In this document: in pieces, positions 15,711 to 30,775 of the stretch
Numbering within the stretch: the stretch's first letter is position 1
Layout of the letters: every line of letters starts with the position of its first letter
NCBI RefSeq assembly: GCF_009914755.1
Contig: NC_060942.1
From: the human T2T-CHM13v2.0 reference genome, Homo sapiens
Strand: one strand, 5' to 3'
Length of the DNA: 64,000 nt
Made by a program: the position numbers and the translations under genes
Notes under the pieces: generated by a model
Told to the model about the DNA's origin: nothing
Databases searched by the model: none
What the model saw: the letters and a program-made list of their open reading frames with translations, nothing else

Positions 15711-18056
15711 TTTGAAATATAAATTCTATTGTCTAAGTTTTATTAAAATCATATATATATCTATCCTCTCCCCTCTCCTTCTCCATATATTAACATTTTT
15801 ATTCATCATTTCACATTCAACTTTCATGCTCTCCCCCATGTCTAAGTTCTCTTTCAGGGTTGATGATTAATCTCCCTATAGTAGCATAACTCTTTATGTA
15901 TCTCTTCCAGGGTTTATTTAATTTTAACTTGTGTTTTATAATAACTTTTGTTATTTGTAGTCAAAGAGTCATACTTCTCCATTTCAAACTTACTATAAAT
16001 CTACAGTAACAGAGACAGAGTATTACTGGCATGTCCCAGTTTTTAGAAACCCCTAACTGAGATCTCAACCTTTCTGCATCATTCTCTAATCCTCACATGG
16101 GAGATCTGGCAAAGTTTTCCTTTCAAGTGAAGCTATAACTCAGAGCCTTTGAATTAGAGACCAATCTCTAAAGTGAAATCTAAATCTGTTTTTCGATGTT
16201 CTTAGCTAAGATGAGAGAAATTCTGGCACCTGGGCACACGATGATCTCGAGTTTTATTGTGTGCTATCTTAAAGTAATAATTTTGAGATTAGAATGTCTT
16301 GTTTTGTTTTGTTTCCACCCTCTGGTCTTGATAGTCATAGTGACTTTGAAATTGGTTGACCTTCCCAGAACTCCCTCTTGGTGTGGTACATGGTCTCAAG
16401 AGATGGATGGTAGGTAACATGGTTGACAGTTTCTCCACTGCTCACCTAAGGATGCTATTTTTCTTTCCTAGGATATAGCCAAAGTTTCTCTGTCTTTGAC
16501 CCCATTGTGATTCTGTAACTCATCCCAAACATTCCAGAATTCTCTAAGGGAGTGTGCTTATAATGCACATTATGGTCCTAATTTCTGTATCAATTAAGAT
16601 CTTTTTTAGACAAAGAAATTGATTCTATTAAATTAACACCAAAATAAATAAGAAGACTGGATCACTAGAAAAATTGTAAAAACTAAGAACTATGTGCTTA
16701 AGTCTTGGGAAAGACAGGAACCAGGGCAGTGGTAGGAATCACAGTAGAAAGAGCTCTCTAGAATTTCTCTCTGGCACATTGCTGTCAGAAGATTGGCTTC
16801 ACTCATCATTCATCCCTGTGTGTTGTGCATGTTTTCAAAACTCAAATAATGTGTGAGAGAAACTCCAAAAAGCCAGGCTTAGATCATGTGCACCCCTGTG
16901 GGGTGGTGGAAGGGGAACGTGAAGGGACGGAAGCTTGCTAGGATGATGTAATTTGTCATTACAGACTTCATTATCACAACCGTATAACGATCATTCTTAA
17001 GCTTAATTATTTGCCAGAATTTCAGTTATTTTCTTAGGATGGACATCTGGAAGTCAATTTGCTGGGCCAAAAAGTTGGGAAGTAAAATGAAACTATGATT
17101 TCAGACTTTTGATACACAACAGTTACTCCCAGAAAGGTTATACTGGTTTATCAAGCTTCAAGAAGTACAAAACAACCATTTCATCATGTTTTATGAATGC
17201 TAGTTATTACCCTTTTAAAAACTGGCAGTTTGGTAGGTTAGAAGTGATCTATTTTTTGTTGTTTGATTTAGTGCTAGCATAGAATAGTCCAAATCACAAT
17301 GTTGGATATTTAAATTTTTCTTTCTTACATTTTTTCAGATTTTTGTTAAATAATAGGGGGTTTATTTTCACGTGTTTAGAAAGGAACCTACATATTTAAA
17401 TAAATTAAAGTATTACATTTAATTAGGTTTTAATGGTAATTCATTGGGGGGGAATACAAATAATTTTAGCTTTTAACATATTTAATTGTTTAGTGCAGTT
17501 TCTCAAATGACCACACACAACTTGTAGCTAGTTTTATGTTTGAAGGAAGAAGAGTTACTAATGAGTGCAATTTTATCATTGAGCTTTTGACCTTAAGTGT
17601 GGAAAAATTCCAGAATATGGTGTAAAATCTAGAGGAAAAGTCAGTAAGTTATGTGTGATTCTTAAATGTAATTGTTTTAGTGCTTATAATGCAATCTACA
17701 ATTAAATAATCAGGTCAAAAATGAACATTGCGTAGTGAAAAAATGTAAGATTGAGAAGTCTTAACTGGTTGTCCATGAGACTCATGCCAACATTTAATAA
17801 TTAAAAAAAAAAATCCTGGGAGACATCAAAAAAAAAAAAAAAAAGGCTTCCTAAAGAAGAAATCAGATAGAAATCAAGCGTAAAAATCTAAGGCCTTGTA
17901 TACTATAATAGTTTGTCAAAACTCAAGATTCAGGGTTACAGTTGAGAATGTTGGGAAAAAATGAGATTCAAATTGTGGTAAAAACAAATAAAAAACAGTA
18001 AAACAAATCATCCATGTGAGGGAAAGCACATGCACAGTAAAACCGCCTCTCGGGAC

Positions 18057-18073
18057 TGGTTGCATAGCAACCA
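18057..18073. promoter_or_regulatory. RFX X-box-like palindrome within a small CpG-retaining patch
   Basis: TGGTTGC-ATA-GCAACCA has perfect 7-bp inverted arms, with several CpGs at 18043-18240. Confidence 0.55.
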
Positions 18074-18423
18074 AAGAGGGCTGCGGTAGCAGGAAAGTTC
18101 TAAGCAAGGAAGGCAGCAGGTCAGCGGTCCTGAAGTGGCAAAGGAATTTCCACAGAACAGGGCAGCAGCAGCATTTCTGAGAAAAATTACTCGACAGGAA
18201 GATCCCTGAGGTTTTAAAGGAGAATGCAACTATGGATACGAACCAAAAGAGATCTAGTTGCTGAAACATCTCTCTTCACATTTCCCAACATTTTATTCCA
18301 CGTCTAAAAAGCCAAAAGAAAAAAATAAAATAAAAAGAAGGAAAAGAACCATTTGATATTTTCAATATCAAGTAATACACACACATACACACGCCTGGGA
18401 TCACTGCATTTGCAATCTATTCA

Positions 18424-19188
<765 letters not shown>

Positions 19189-19501
19189 TCATTAATTAAG
19201 GATAAAAGTGAGCCTAGCAATTTACCTGCCTAAGTTACTCTATAAAGTCATACAGCAAGTAAGTAATGGATTTGAGGCTCAAATGCCTCTTTTATTACAC
19301 GTAAGAAATCTCTCTAGTTAATATGTCAAACTATACAAGGAAATACATATAAAACTTACTTATAAACATTGCCTTGAACATTGCAGAATGTATTAGAAAC
19401 TTTGCAAAAGGCTCTAGAGTATCTCTAGGATATTGTTACTGTCTCTTTGACAGATTGCCTCTTTTCCACTAGAGCTTTCCTCTATTAAATATTGATGAAA
19501 G

Positions 19502-19814
<313 letters not shown>

Positions 19815-20354
19815 TGAAAGCTTTCTGGAAATTTTAATTACACGTTTTTGAGATCAGTATCTGTGAATGCTTTTTTCCACTCCAAGCATAAGAAATGCAT
19901 ATACACCAGTTCAAGTAGGTAAATCAGCCAATTAATTAAAGAGTATTAAAAATAAATATAAAGGGATATTTTATGTGAGAAAAGGAAATATGCCATACCT
20001 GTAACTAAGAATGGAAGACCTATAAAGGGACCAAGAATCCTTCTCTCACACTTTCCTTCTTGTAATTCTGTGGCTCTCATCTCTGCTCCTCTGAACCCAT
20101 GTTGAACAACAACTGAACTTAGCTCCCAAATAATCTTTGTCTCAATTATAAACACCTGGCATATCTTTATAATCTCCTTAATTCCAAGTTTTACTCCAAT
20201 ATCCGTAAATAGATAATTTTATTTGTTCATTCTGGGTCAGTTTTCAACTCTTGTCTAACCAGCTATCCTTAGGGAGGGGGGGAAATGAACTAGTAGAAAC
20301 ATGATGCTAGGGACCCATCCTGTGTGTGTCTAGGAGATGGGGGGCATTGACTTC

Positions 20355-20967
<613 letters not shown>

Positions 20968-20999
20968 GCTTAGCACAAGAAGAGCTTACTTCTTCCTTA

Positions 21000-21294
21000 T
21001 AAAGTTTTTGACGTGCTGTCTTCCATCTAGTGACTTGGAGATCCATAATTTCCTCATCTTTCAATGTCCCTATTTCAGCATACAGCTCCCAAAGTCACTG
21101 CAGCAAGGAGAAAGGAAGAATGAAAGGAGAACACGTACACTTAACTGTCTTGACCTAGAAGTGATACACATTACATATTATTGTTCACAGTTCATTGGCC
21201 AGAAATAGTCATGTGACTATAAACTAATTACATGGGAATTGTAGAATGTAGGGCAGCAGATGAGCTTTGTGGTGAGTAGCAACTCTCTAGCCAC
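21000..21294 (-). mobile_element. Old MLT1 MaLR LTR fragment
   Basis: TTCATTGGCCAGAAATAGTCATGTGAC...TCTAGCCACA. Confidence 0.5.
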
Positions 21295-21448
21295 AATATT
21301 AAACCAAATGGTGGTCAATAATTTATGGCTATCAATCAAACTTCTTCCAAGTTTTGCATTCCTCTTTATTTATCATTGTACAGCTAGATGCAAACAACTT
21401 CAGAAAACTTTCACCCAAATAATATTATTGTACAAACTAAAGAATTCT

Positions 21449-21725
21449 GGCCAGGGATGGTGGCTCATGCCTGTAATCTCAGGACTTTGGGAGGATGAGG
21501 AGGGCGGATCACTTACAGTCAGGAGTTCAAGACCAGCCTGGCCAAAATGGTGAAACCATGTCTCTTCTAAAAATACAAAAACTAGTGTGGTGGTGCTCAC
21601 CTGTAATCCCAGCTACTTGGAAAGTTGAGGCACGAGAATCGCTTGAACCTGGGAGAAGTTGCAGTGAGCCACTGCACTCCAGCCTGGGTGATAGAGTGAC
21701 ACTCTGTCTGAAAAAAAAAAAAATA
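21449..21725 (+). mobile_element. AluS with small internal deletions
   Basis: Dimer structure with A-tail. Confidence 0.93.
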
Positions 21726-21962
21726 AAGAATACAGACATAGTATAGTAAATTTAATTAAAGTTTAGGATAGAATTCATTCTCATTTCTTAAATTCTTTGG
21801 TAGTATATTCTAAGTTTATTTTTATTACTACTTTATAAAATGCCAAAATCTGTTCTTTATGCTCATCCTATCATTGAAACACTCCACATCTCCAGCTCAT
21901 TAAGATGATTAGAAAACATCTTCTATTACTCAGTTCTATATACCACTCAAAATGCCCATGCA

Positions 21963-22275
<313 letters not shown>

Positions 22276-24318
22276 TTATGTTCACTTTTATCATGTAATA
22301 GCTCCTGTATTTTTCCTATTAATTTATGTTAAACTTTACCTTCTTTTTTGATTAATTTAAATTTTTAATCTGCCTGGTAATTAAAGTTCTCCATCAATTG
22401 TTGTCATCTCACTTATCATCCCAGTATACAACTTTAAAATTACATAGCGCACTTCTTTACCATCTCTGTTCATTCTTCATTTATTTCTCTGTTGTTCTAC
22501 TATGTAAAAACCTTCTTCCCACCACTGTCATCACCTTCTGACATTACTCATCTTACATTTTATTCAAATAAAATTTTATATTTCCTTGCTCTCTGAAGTC
22601 CTACTGGATTAGCTGAACTTTATGGAACCTGTTCCTAATCTTGATTTCCTCACACCATTGAGGATCTGAATCATACTATTATGTACTTACTATTATAGTG
22701 ACAGTGACGTGCAGTTTTATGTAATTTCTTTAAATCTTATTTTTGCATTTAGATTTTAGTCTTCTAAATGACAGAGACAGTCTGTTTCCTATTCAACACA
22801 AAATTATTACATAAAATTATTTTTGAAATTCATCAGTCATTATATAAGGGGAAACAAAAAGACCATAAGATATTTTAGTATTTAACATTTTCAGAAATAA
22901 AAATATTATTAAATGTTATTTACACATATTGCTGAATTTGAGAAGAATTGCTTTTCATGAGTCGGTTACTGAAAAATGCAATCTAGAAGACAGATGGTCA
23001 ATGCGTTATGGATGTATTCCAAAAGCACTGATAATCATTTAATTTAAAGCTTTACTCACAAGCAAGAGCCCAAACCTGTCTATGCACCATTTTATGGGGA
23101 ACATTTTGCAGCATTGCACAAATATTAAAGATACAACAGACATGTCATTTTAAAAATGAAGGGTTATAAAAATGAATAGGCACTCTTCTTCATGGATTAT
23201 TTTCGCTTTCTTAGGAAGTAAAGTTGTGATCAGAATTATTCATTTCGTACATAGAGAAGACAAGAGTTACAATGAGGTGTATCCAGATGATAGCTTTTGT
23301 GAGAAGAGAAATAGCCCAGAAGGGAAAGTATAGATTATAGCACAAGGAGGATGACTTAGTAGCCCAGCAACGTGCTGCAGAATCAGGGGCTGTAAATTGT
23401 AATTACAACATCTTACAACGGTTAGTGCTTTTCCAGCTGAGAGCTCAAAGTATACCCAGGCTAACAACTTGGTACCAAACCGAGTCATTCATCCTCAGTT
23501 CAGTTGTTTACAAAATGTAGATGAAGTAATGACGTACTAACAATTATACGGATAGCTTCAACATAGAAGAGAGATGAAAAGAAATTAATTCAGGATGTGA
23601 GCAAGCCTGGTGACTCAATATCAAAATGAAAGAAACAAGAAGAAATATAGGAAATACAAAAAAATCCTGCCTCTAATTCTCTCTCTGATTTCTAAAAATT
23701 CTCTCAAATTGCTTCAGAAACTCATTTCAATGACTTCTAATCATGTAATTTCAGAAACTGTTAGCTTTCAAACCTCTTAGTCCAATAGAAAGTAGTTTCA
23801 AGTTTTATAAAGAATCACACGGAGAATGCCTTTGAAAGTCATTTTAGATTTGCTTAAAATATAGACCTGCTAAGAAAAACATTTTATACAAGAAAAATAA
23901 AATACTGATTTTAAATATAAACAAATACCTCCCATTTTTGCATATTTGTGCTGTAGCAAATGAAAAGCACTGAATTTAGGACAAACACAAACGAAGAAAC
24001 TAGGTTAAAACTGACATTGATTGACTCCATACCTTTGTTTCCTTGCTTGTTTTTAAATTATACATTGGGTCGAACATCTTTGCATATATTAAATCTTTTC
24101 CAATATTTAATCATGGTGAGGGTGATGGAATGTCTTATTCATTTACTCAACATTTATATATTAATTTACTGGAGCTTTAGTATCTGCCCAAATTAGGGAT
24201 CCTTCCTTCCATACTCTGGCCAGGAATTACCATAGTTCTCTTCATCACAATGAGAAATAAATTATAGACAACAGAAGACAATAATCTCTTTTAATAATAA
24301 TGGTGAAAGCATATTTAA

Positions 24319-24384
24319 ATATTTCCCTCACTGTTTTCTGGCCTTTATCTGGATATTTCCCTCACTGTTTTCTGGCCTTTATCT
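24319..24384. repeat. Tandem duplication, 32 bp x2 (period 34)
   Basis: ATATTTCCCTCACTGTTTTCTGGCCTTTATCT twice, separated by GG. Confidence 0.95.
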
Positions 24385-24699
24385 AAAGGTGAGAAACTTC
24401 ATGCATTTATATTATCTTGGGCTTCAGAACCAGCATACATTCTCATAAATAGGGTTCAGAGAAAGAGCAAGAATTTGCCCATTTGTCTACAACTAAATCC
24501 CTATAGGTTCAGACTGCCTTTCCAGCAACCCCAGGTGGCCTTCTATTCCATCGTTGGAGCTTATCAACCAGGACCATGACCTCCCTCAGGTGAAATTCCA
24601 CCAGATCTATTATTTCACTTAGAGAAAAGGGGACAAGTCTCCTCTTAAAAAAAGAGCATTTGAGACTGAGAGGAAATTATTTGAATACAGGTGCAAAGT

Positions 24700-25070
24700 G
24701 GGAATATTTATGTTTGTGATGTTTGAAGACCAGTAGTCATTAGGTTTTGTGTAAAGGAATGTTATAAGCATTGGTTAGGAAAGTAGGTTCACACCATTTT
24801 TTAAAAGACCTTAGATGCCAGATTGTGACATTTAAAGTTTTAGCTCCCCAATAATGGGGAGCCACTGATGGTTAATGAGCAAAAGGAAACAACACAAAAA
24901 ATGGGTACATTAAGAGGAAGTTGAAAATACATAGGGTAGATTGGAGGTTTAGGAGACTAAAGGAAAGAATAGTTAGGAGCTATTTCAATAGCAAATAAGT
25001 GGAAAAGTGTTTTTTTTTTAAAAAAGGAAGATAAATACAAGAAATATTATACATAGGAAATCAAGCAACT
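24700..25070 (-). mobile_element. L2 fragment
   Basis: AATGGGGAGCCACTGATGGTTAATGAGCA resembles antisense L2. Confidence 0.5.
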
Positions 25071-26084
25071 CAATATAATTTCTTTCCAAACCCTTAGGAG
25101 AATAATGTAACCCACTTTCTTCATTAAGACACTAAACATATTTAATCTTTTAACACTTTACAATCATAATTTAATACATTGAGTAGTAAAAAGAATTATT
25201 AAAAAAACTGACATAGAATGAATCAATTTTCCTAGTTTATTTCAGTGATTTTTAAGTACTGTTTATAGTCTTCACATTTTATTTAGTCAAAATAAAAACA
25301 GAACCAGATGATTATGTTCCCTATAGCTGAAGGCTTGGCAAATTGTCATACCGACAGGGTTGGTTTTCATATGGCTTAGATGTTTTTGAAGGATGGATAG
25401 GGTAAAATTTTACAATCTCTTTGAGCTCTATAAATCTGTGAAACTCTAAACAAAAATATCACGAAGTATTAGGAAGAAAAGAACGAAGAGAACAAGAAAA
25501 AAAACAACCTTGATTTCATTCAGTAAAGTTCATCTTTAGCATATTCCTTTTGCTAATGCAAGAAAATGAGGAAAAGGAAATTTATTTTTTAAAGAGAGAA
25601 AATAAAGAGCATTTAAAGTAAGATAGAGAATGAGCTTTCCAGTTTGTGCTGGCTAAATCCAATAACCATTTTCAATTTAACACTGAAGGCAGATTGTATC
25701 TTTTAAGTCCTGTTTTTGTATTCTGTACAGTGATGGGCATGTCTCTTTCTTTAGTTGTCAGGATAATGAATGCTAATCTGAAGATACTCTAAGCTATTAT
25801 TTTTCCAATGCATTCACCTATGCCTTCTGTGTATGCCTATTCACTGTAGTTATCAGTCTTATAGTCAAGTGATGATGGATTTCATTTATAAATGTTGAAG
25901 TGGAATTAAGCTTTATAATGTTAGCTGGGAGTGATAAATCTCCTCCTGGTAATATCATGTCGTAAGAAAGCACTGACTTTCCTGATGAAATTTTATAGAT
26001 GGTTAATGTTCTCATTTTCTGGTGTTTTTACCATTTTACTACATCTGACATTTTACTAATCTTTTATATTTGTATTGCTTTTCA

Positions 26085-27120
26085 AAGATTAGATAAGACA
26101 AAACATCATAGAACATCTTTGTCACCTTGGAGTCGACAGGTTTCTTAATCAGGGCACCAAAAGCATTAAGCATGAAAGAAAAAAAGATAAATGAATTACA
26201 TTAAAATAAAAAAACTTCTCCAAACAATATCTTTAAAAAGTTAGGAAAAGCAACCCAAAAAATGAAAGCAGATTTTTATATATATATATATATGTTGATA
26301 TGTTTATATATTGCTTATAATATATAGGTATATATAATATATAATATATATGTGTATGTATATATATATTTGAAAAAATATAAATAAAAACAAAAAACCC
26401 TGATAGAAACATGGACAAAAGACTTGAACAGATACTCCATAAAAGAGGATATTTAAATGTCCTTTAAATCTGTAAAAAGGTGCTCAACTTTATTAGTTAT
26501 TTTTTTTAAATGCAAGCTAAACCACAGGATGCCATCAAGTAACCACCAAAACGGGCAAAGGAAAAAGGCAGATAATACCGAGTGTCAGCAAGAATGTAGA
26601 GTAAACTGAACTCCATCCACCACAAGTAGAAGTGGAAATTGACAAAAACCACTTTTGAAACATGCTTGGCAACATCTTTCTCAAGAAGAATACATGAAAA
26701 GCTTGTAGCCAGTAGGTCCACTTCTGGGTGTTTCCCTAGCAGAAACGTATACCTATGTTCACTCACCAAAAGACGTAGAAGAGTGATCAGTGCAGCTCTA
26801 CCCAAATGACCATCAACAATAGAGTGGACAATACATTCTGGTATGCACATCTAGTAGAAAGCAATGAGACTGAAAAATCTGAAACTGCAATAATAGTGAC
26901 TCAAAATCATAATATTGAGCAAAGGAGCCAGGTACAAAAAAATTACAGTATATGATTCCTTTTATATAAAATAACAACATAGGCAAAAATAATATTAGTT
27001 GTAGGTGTCAGGATAATGATTACCTCCCGTAGTGGGGAGGGGTGGAGAGTGTTTCTCTTTGGAAGGAAACAGGAGAAACCTTCTGGAGTGTCACTAGGGT
27101 GCCACAAATAAAGTATGAGA
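26085..27120 (+). mobile_element. Old L1M ORF2-end/3' fragment containing a (TA)n tract
   Basis: GACAAAAGACTTGAACAGATAC, AAAAGGTGCTCAAC and ACAGTATATGATTCCTTTTATATAAA. Confidence 0.7.
26277..26370. repeat. Imperfect (TA)n
   Basis: Long TATATA-rich tract. Confidence 0.85.
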
Positions 27121-27134
27121 GTGAGTATCCCCAT

Positions 27135-27197
27135 TCTCTTGTTACTTAAAAACATAATTAATCTCACTCTCTTGTTACTTAAAAATGTAATTAATCT
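27135..27197. repeat. Tandem duplication, 30 bp x2 (period 33)
   Basis: TCTCTTGTTACTTAAAAA(CA/TG)TAATTAATCT. Confidence 0.9.
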
Positions 27198-27239
27198 TTT
27201 GAATTTTGGACAGTGTGATACACAAAACATGATTTTAGT

Positions 27240-28250
27240 TCATTTCAGTTAGAATGGCCCAGATTTATAATGAGGTTGAGCATCTTTTAATTTATCTTAT
27301 TACCTCCTCTTTTGAAAATTTGCTGTTCATGTAATTTGACCATTTTTCTATTAGGTGACCTGTTTTTACTTTCTTTAATTTGATACTGTTCTGTATTAAT
27401 TATGGAGGTCAATCTTTGCTCTGATTTATAGTTTTCATTTAAATTTGTATGTATTTAAAATTTTTATTTATCAATCTTACAGTTTCTGTGTTTAGTGTAT
27501 TGCTTAGAAAAACTCTTTAGATTATAAAGATAATCCATTATAGTTTCTTTGTATTCATTTCTAGGTTTTTATTTACTTAATCTATTTGGATTTATTTTTG
27601 TGCCTGGTATGACATAGATATCTGATATCTTTTCCCTAAATGGATAGCCAATTGTACCCACACTATTCCTTAGTCTGTCATTTTTCTACTGATTTTAAAT
27701 TCTACCTTTGTCATAAATAATATTTCCATATTATGTTTTCATATATATCTTTCTTTTCATGCTGAGTTGTTCCACTGTGAAATTTGTAGATTATGCATCA
27801 ATGCCACACTTTTACAAGTTATTCTAGTTTTATGGTGTGGTTTGATATTTAATAGAGAATTAGCAAGGGAAAGCTAATTATTCTTTTCCAAATCAGCTTT
27901 TAATTCTCATAAAAATACTTTTGGTAATGTCATATTCATTGGCCTTATGTTTATAGATGAATTTAGTGAAACTTATCCCTATAATGTTAAATTCTTTCAA
28001 TACAGGAAGTTAGTCTCTCTCTATTTCTCTCTCACTGTCTGTTTTAATTGGGTCTTCTTTTATGTCCTTTAATAAAGATCAATACTTTTCTTCATGAATT
28101 TCTTCATGTAATTCTTCTCATTTCTTCATGCTCATTTCTAGTTGAGTTTGTACATAGGGATTTCATGTATTTTTGTTGCTATTAGGAATATCCATCTTAC
28201 ATAACATTTTAATCTCATTGGTTACTGAGGGTTTATGGATCTATTTATTT
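27240..28250 (-). mobile_element. Old L1M fragment
   Basis: ATGAGGTTGAGCATCTTTT and ATGGATAGCCAATTGTACCCACAC antisense ORF2 motifs. Confidence 0.65.
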
Positions 28251-28662
28251 AGCTTCTCTAACTGACCGATATCAAACCCACACTCCTGTCTTTACTTAGC
28301 TATTCCATGTGACTGACTTCAGGGCCTTCACACCCTGACCTGACTGTAACTATTATTCAAGCCAAGTTCCACCTCTATCCACTCATCCTACACATCCTTC
28401 TTAGACTCCTTGCCGTTTTCTCCCATGTCTGAATCAATGCTGCATTTGTCTCAGAGCCATTTGTTTAATATTTAGCATATTACCAAGCTACATGATTTTA
28501 CAAATATAAATAATGAAGAAATAGTTTTAATAACAGAATAACAGGGAAGGGGACCTGAAAAGGAAAGATTCAACAAAGAAACAGAGCTGTCTCCTGGTGC
28601 ACACCTTCTCCTGAGCTCACCCACCACAACTCCCACCTTAGGTAGCAATTTTAAAATTATAG

Positions 28663-28941
28663 TTTTTTATTTTTATTTTCATTTATTTATTTTTTTTGAG
28701 ACAGAGTCTCACTCTGTCACCAAGGCTGGAGTGCAGTGGCGTGATCTTGGCTCACTGCAACCTCCGCCTCCTGGGTTCAAGCAGTTCTCTGCCTCAGCCT
28801 CCTGAGTAGCTGAGATTACAACGTGCCCACCACTATGCTTGAGTAATTTTTTGTATTTTTAGTAGAGACGGGGTTTCACCATCTTGGCCAGGCTGATCTT
28901 GAACTCCTGACCTCATGATCCACCCGCCTTGGCCTCCCAAA
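28663..28941 (-). mobile_element. 5'-truncated AluS
   Basis: T-rich tail, then dimer ending abruptly at GGCCTCCCAAA. Confidence 0.93.
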
Positions 28942-29258
28942 TAAAATTGTTTTTTAAGGGCCCCACCTTAGGTAGCAATTTTAAAATTATATTTTTGGTG
29001 TCATACTAACACATGTGACTTTCAGTGGACAAGGAAGAGTTGCAAGAGAAAAGTTGTTTCCTAACATTGTAGTTTGAAAAATTCTATAGGAGGTATGGCT
29101 GAAGACCAGTAGAGAGAGTGCTTCTACTAGTTCCACCATGATCAAATCATCCATGGCTAAACGTCTGTGAGAAATCAATCTGCAGGTATAATGAAATAAT
29201 TCAGAGTCTGAAGCTTTTATTGTATTGGCTGACTTTCACTTCAGTCTACTTTTGGGGA

Positions 29259-29295
29259 AAATTTTCTCACTATTTTATAAATAGTGAGAAAATTT
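29259..29295. repeat. Perfect 17-bp inverted repeat, 3-nt spacer
   Basis: AAATTTTCTCACTATTT-TAT-AAATAGTGAGAAAATTT. Confidence 0.95.
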
Positions 29296-29804
29296 ATGTA
29301 AAATATGAGTTTATGCAATAAAATAGGAGAATATGCACAACAAAATTGGGTGATAGTCATAAAATTCTAATTAGATATGTTTTCTTTTCTTGTGGCATTT
29401 TGAAGTTTTAGAATTGAATGGGTAGTTGATCCTATTCCTTTAAACTAGGGTCTTTTCTGACCTTATTTTGAGGTTCAGGCAATGATTTCTCTGTTTCTGT
29501 GAATTAATTGGGCATTTATACCTGAATTGCTACAAAACATATAAGTTCTTATCTCTTGATAGGTTTTGGGGGCAACAGAGTCAATAAAATGTTTGTCTCA
29601 AAAGACAGTGATCTGTGTACCAGGATTTAAAGTAGATCTTTCAAGGTGGAAGACAGAAATTGGGTAAAGTTTGTGACAGAGCATTTTAGGCTTGGTGGGT
29701 CCATTGAGGGATGGTCTTGAATAGAATGTTGATAAATTGTTGTGTTATATAGCAAGCTGTTTGCCCAGATGAGCAAACTTTTCCTAGACAGATGGGTTTG
29801 CAAG

Positions 29805-29881
29805 AATTTTCTAATGTAAACAGAGACTTTAAAAAAATTGGTTTAATTTTCTAATGTAAACAGAGACTTTAAAAAAATTGG
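29805..29881. repeat. Tandem duplication, 37 bp x2 (period 40)
   Basis: AATTTTCTAATGTAAACAGAGACTTTAAAAAAATTGG twice, separated by TTT. Confidence 0.95.
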
Positions 29882-30319
29882 ACCAGCATTTTTCCAGAAC
29901 AAATAGTCGTTATGTTGACACAAGTGTTCTTAGTTCCCAATCCTTATGGTTGAGTTGTTTTCAGGCAGGTGATGTTAATTCACATAAAGCAGTGTAGCTG
30001 CAATAAGCTAACTAAATAAGGCAAATTTGGAATATAGAGAATATTGAAAGATGCTGAAAAATTTGCTTGTTCTTCTGAGTGTTAAATTTAGTGTCAGGAT
30101 AGTGGACATTGCTACTATGAAGCTCTTTGGCAATATCGGAGCCCTCTTCAGTTTGTTCTTGGGCTTCCCTGTCTCCCAGATACTCAGCTACTTGTTCTGC
30201 TTTGGCAGTTAAAATATAAACCAACTCCATTTGGGCTGTAGTGTTTCTGTTCCCTGTGGCTTCCAGTGCCACATCTAGAGCCACTGGCTCCTACCAATAC
30301 TTCTAGGCAACACATCACA

Positions 30320-30775
30320 GTGCATGGGATTCGTCTTCCCCAGAAGATGCCGAAGTGGCCAGGTGACACAACCTGGAGGTGTAGGAGAGAGTGAACTCCC
30401 TTCATGGTAAACCTCAAGGAATGATAGAAAGAGAAACAGATTGGATCCAGCAGTAAATCCTCTCTTCCTTGCTCTGACATACTATTTTGAGGCATGGTAC
30501 AGATGTCTGGAACTCTCTTACTACACTGAGCACATATATTGCTGAGTGGCTGTCTTGGTCCCTTTGAGCTTTCTGAGAATCGGTGGTCAGCTTGATGATG
30601 CATCATTGTGCATTTGCTTTCCATCTTTGCCTCCCTCATTTACCATTTTAAAAATTCTTACTTCCCAATAAAGCATTTTCCTTCCCAATAAAGGGTTTTC
30701 CTTCCCAATAAAGCATTAGTATTTAAGCCTTGCCTCAGGTTCTGTAATATTTTCTAGGAAACCTAGGTTAATACA
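30320..30775 (+). mobile_element. Old ERVL LTR (LTR16/LTR33 class)
   Basis: 3' end AATAAAGCATTAG...GCCTCAGGTTCTG...GAAACCTAGGTTAATACA. The left boundary is uncertain. Confidence 0.55.
30661..30717. repeat. 20-bp unit x3 containing AATAAA
   Basis: CTTCCCAATAAAG at 30661, 30681 and 30701. Confidence 0.95.

Noticed and set aside
30661-30717. Repeat-spacer-like pattern suggestive of CRISPR
   Set aside because: 13-bp repeats with similar 7-bp spacers in primate DNA and no cas genes; it is a simple tandem repeat.
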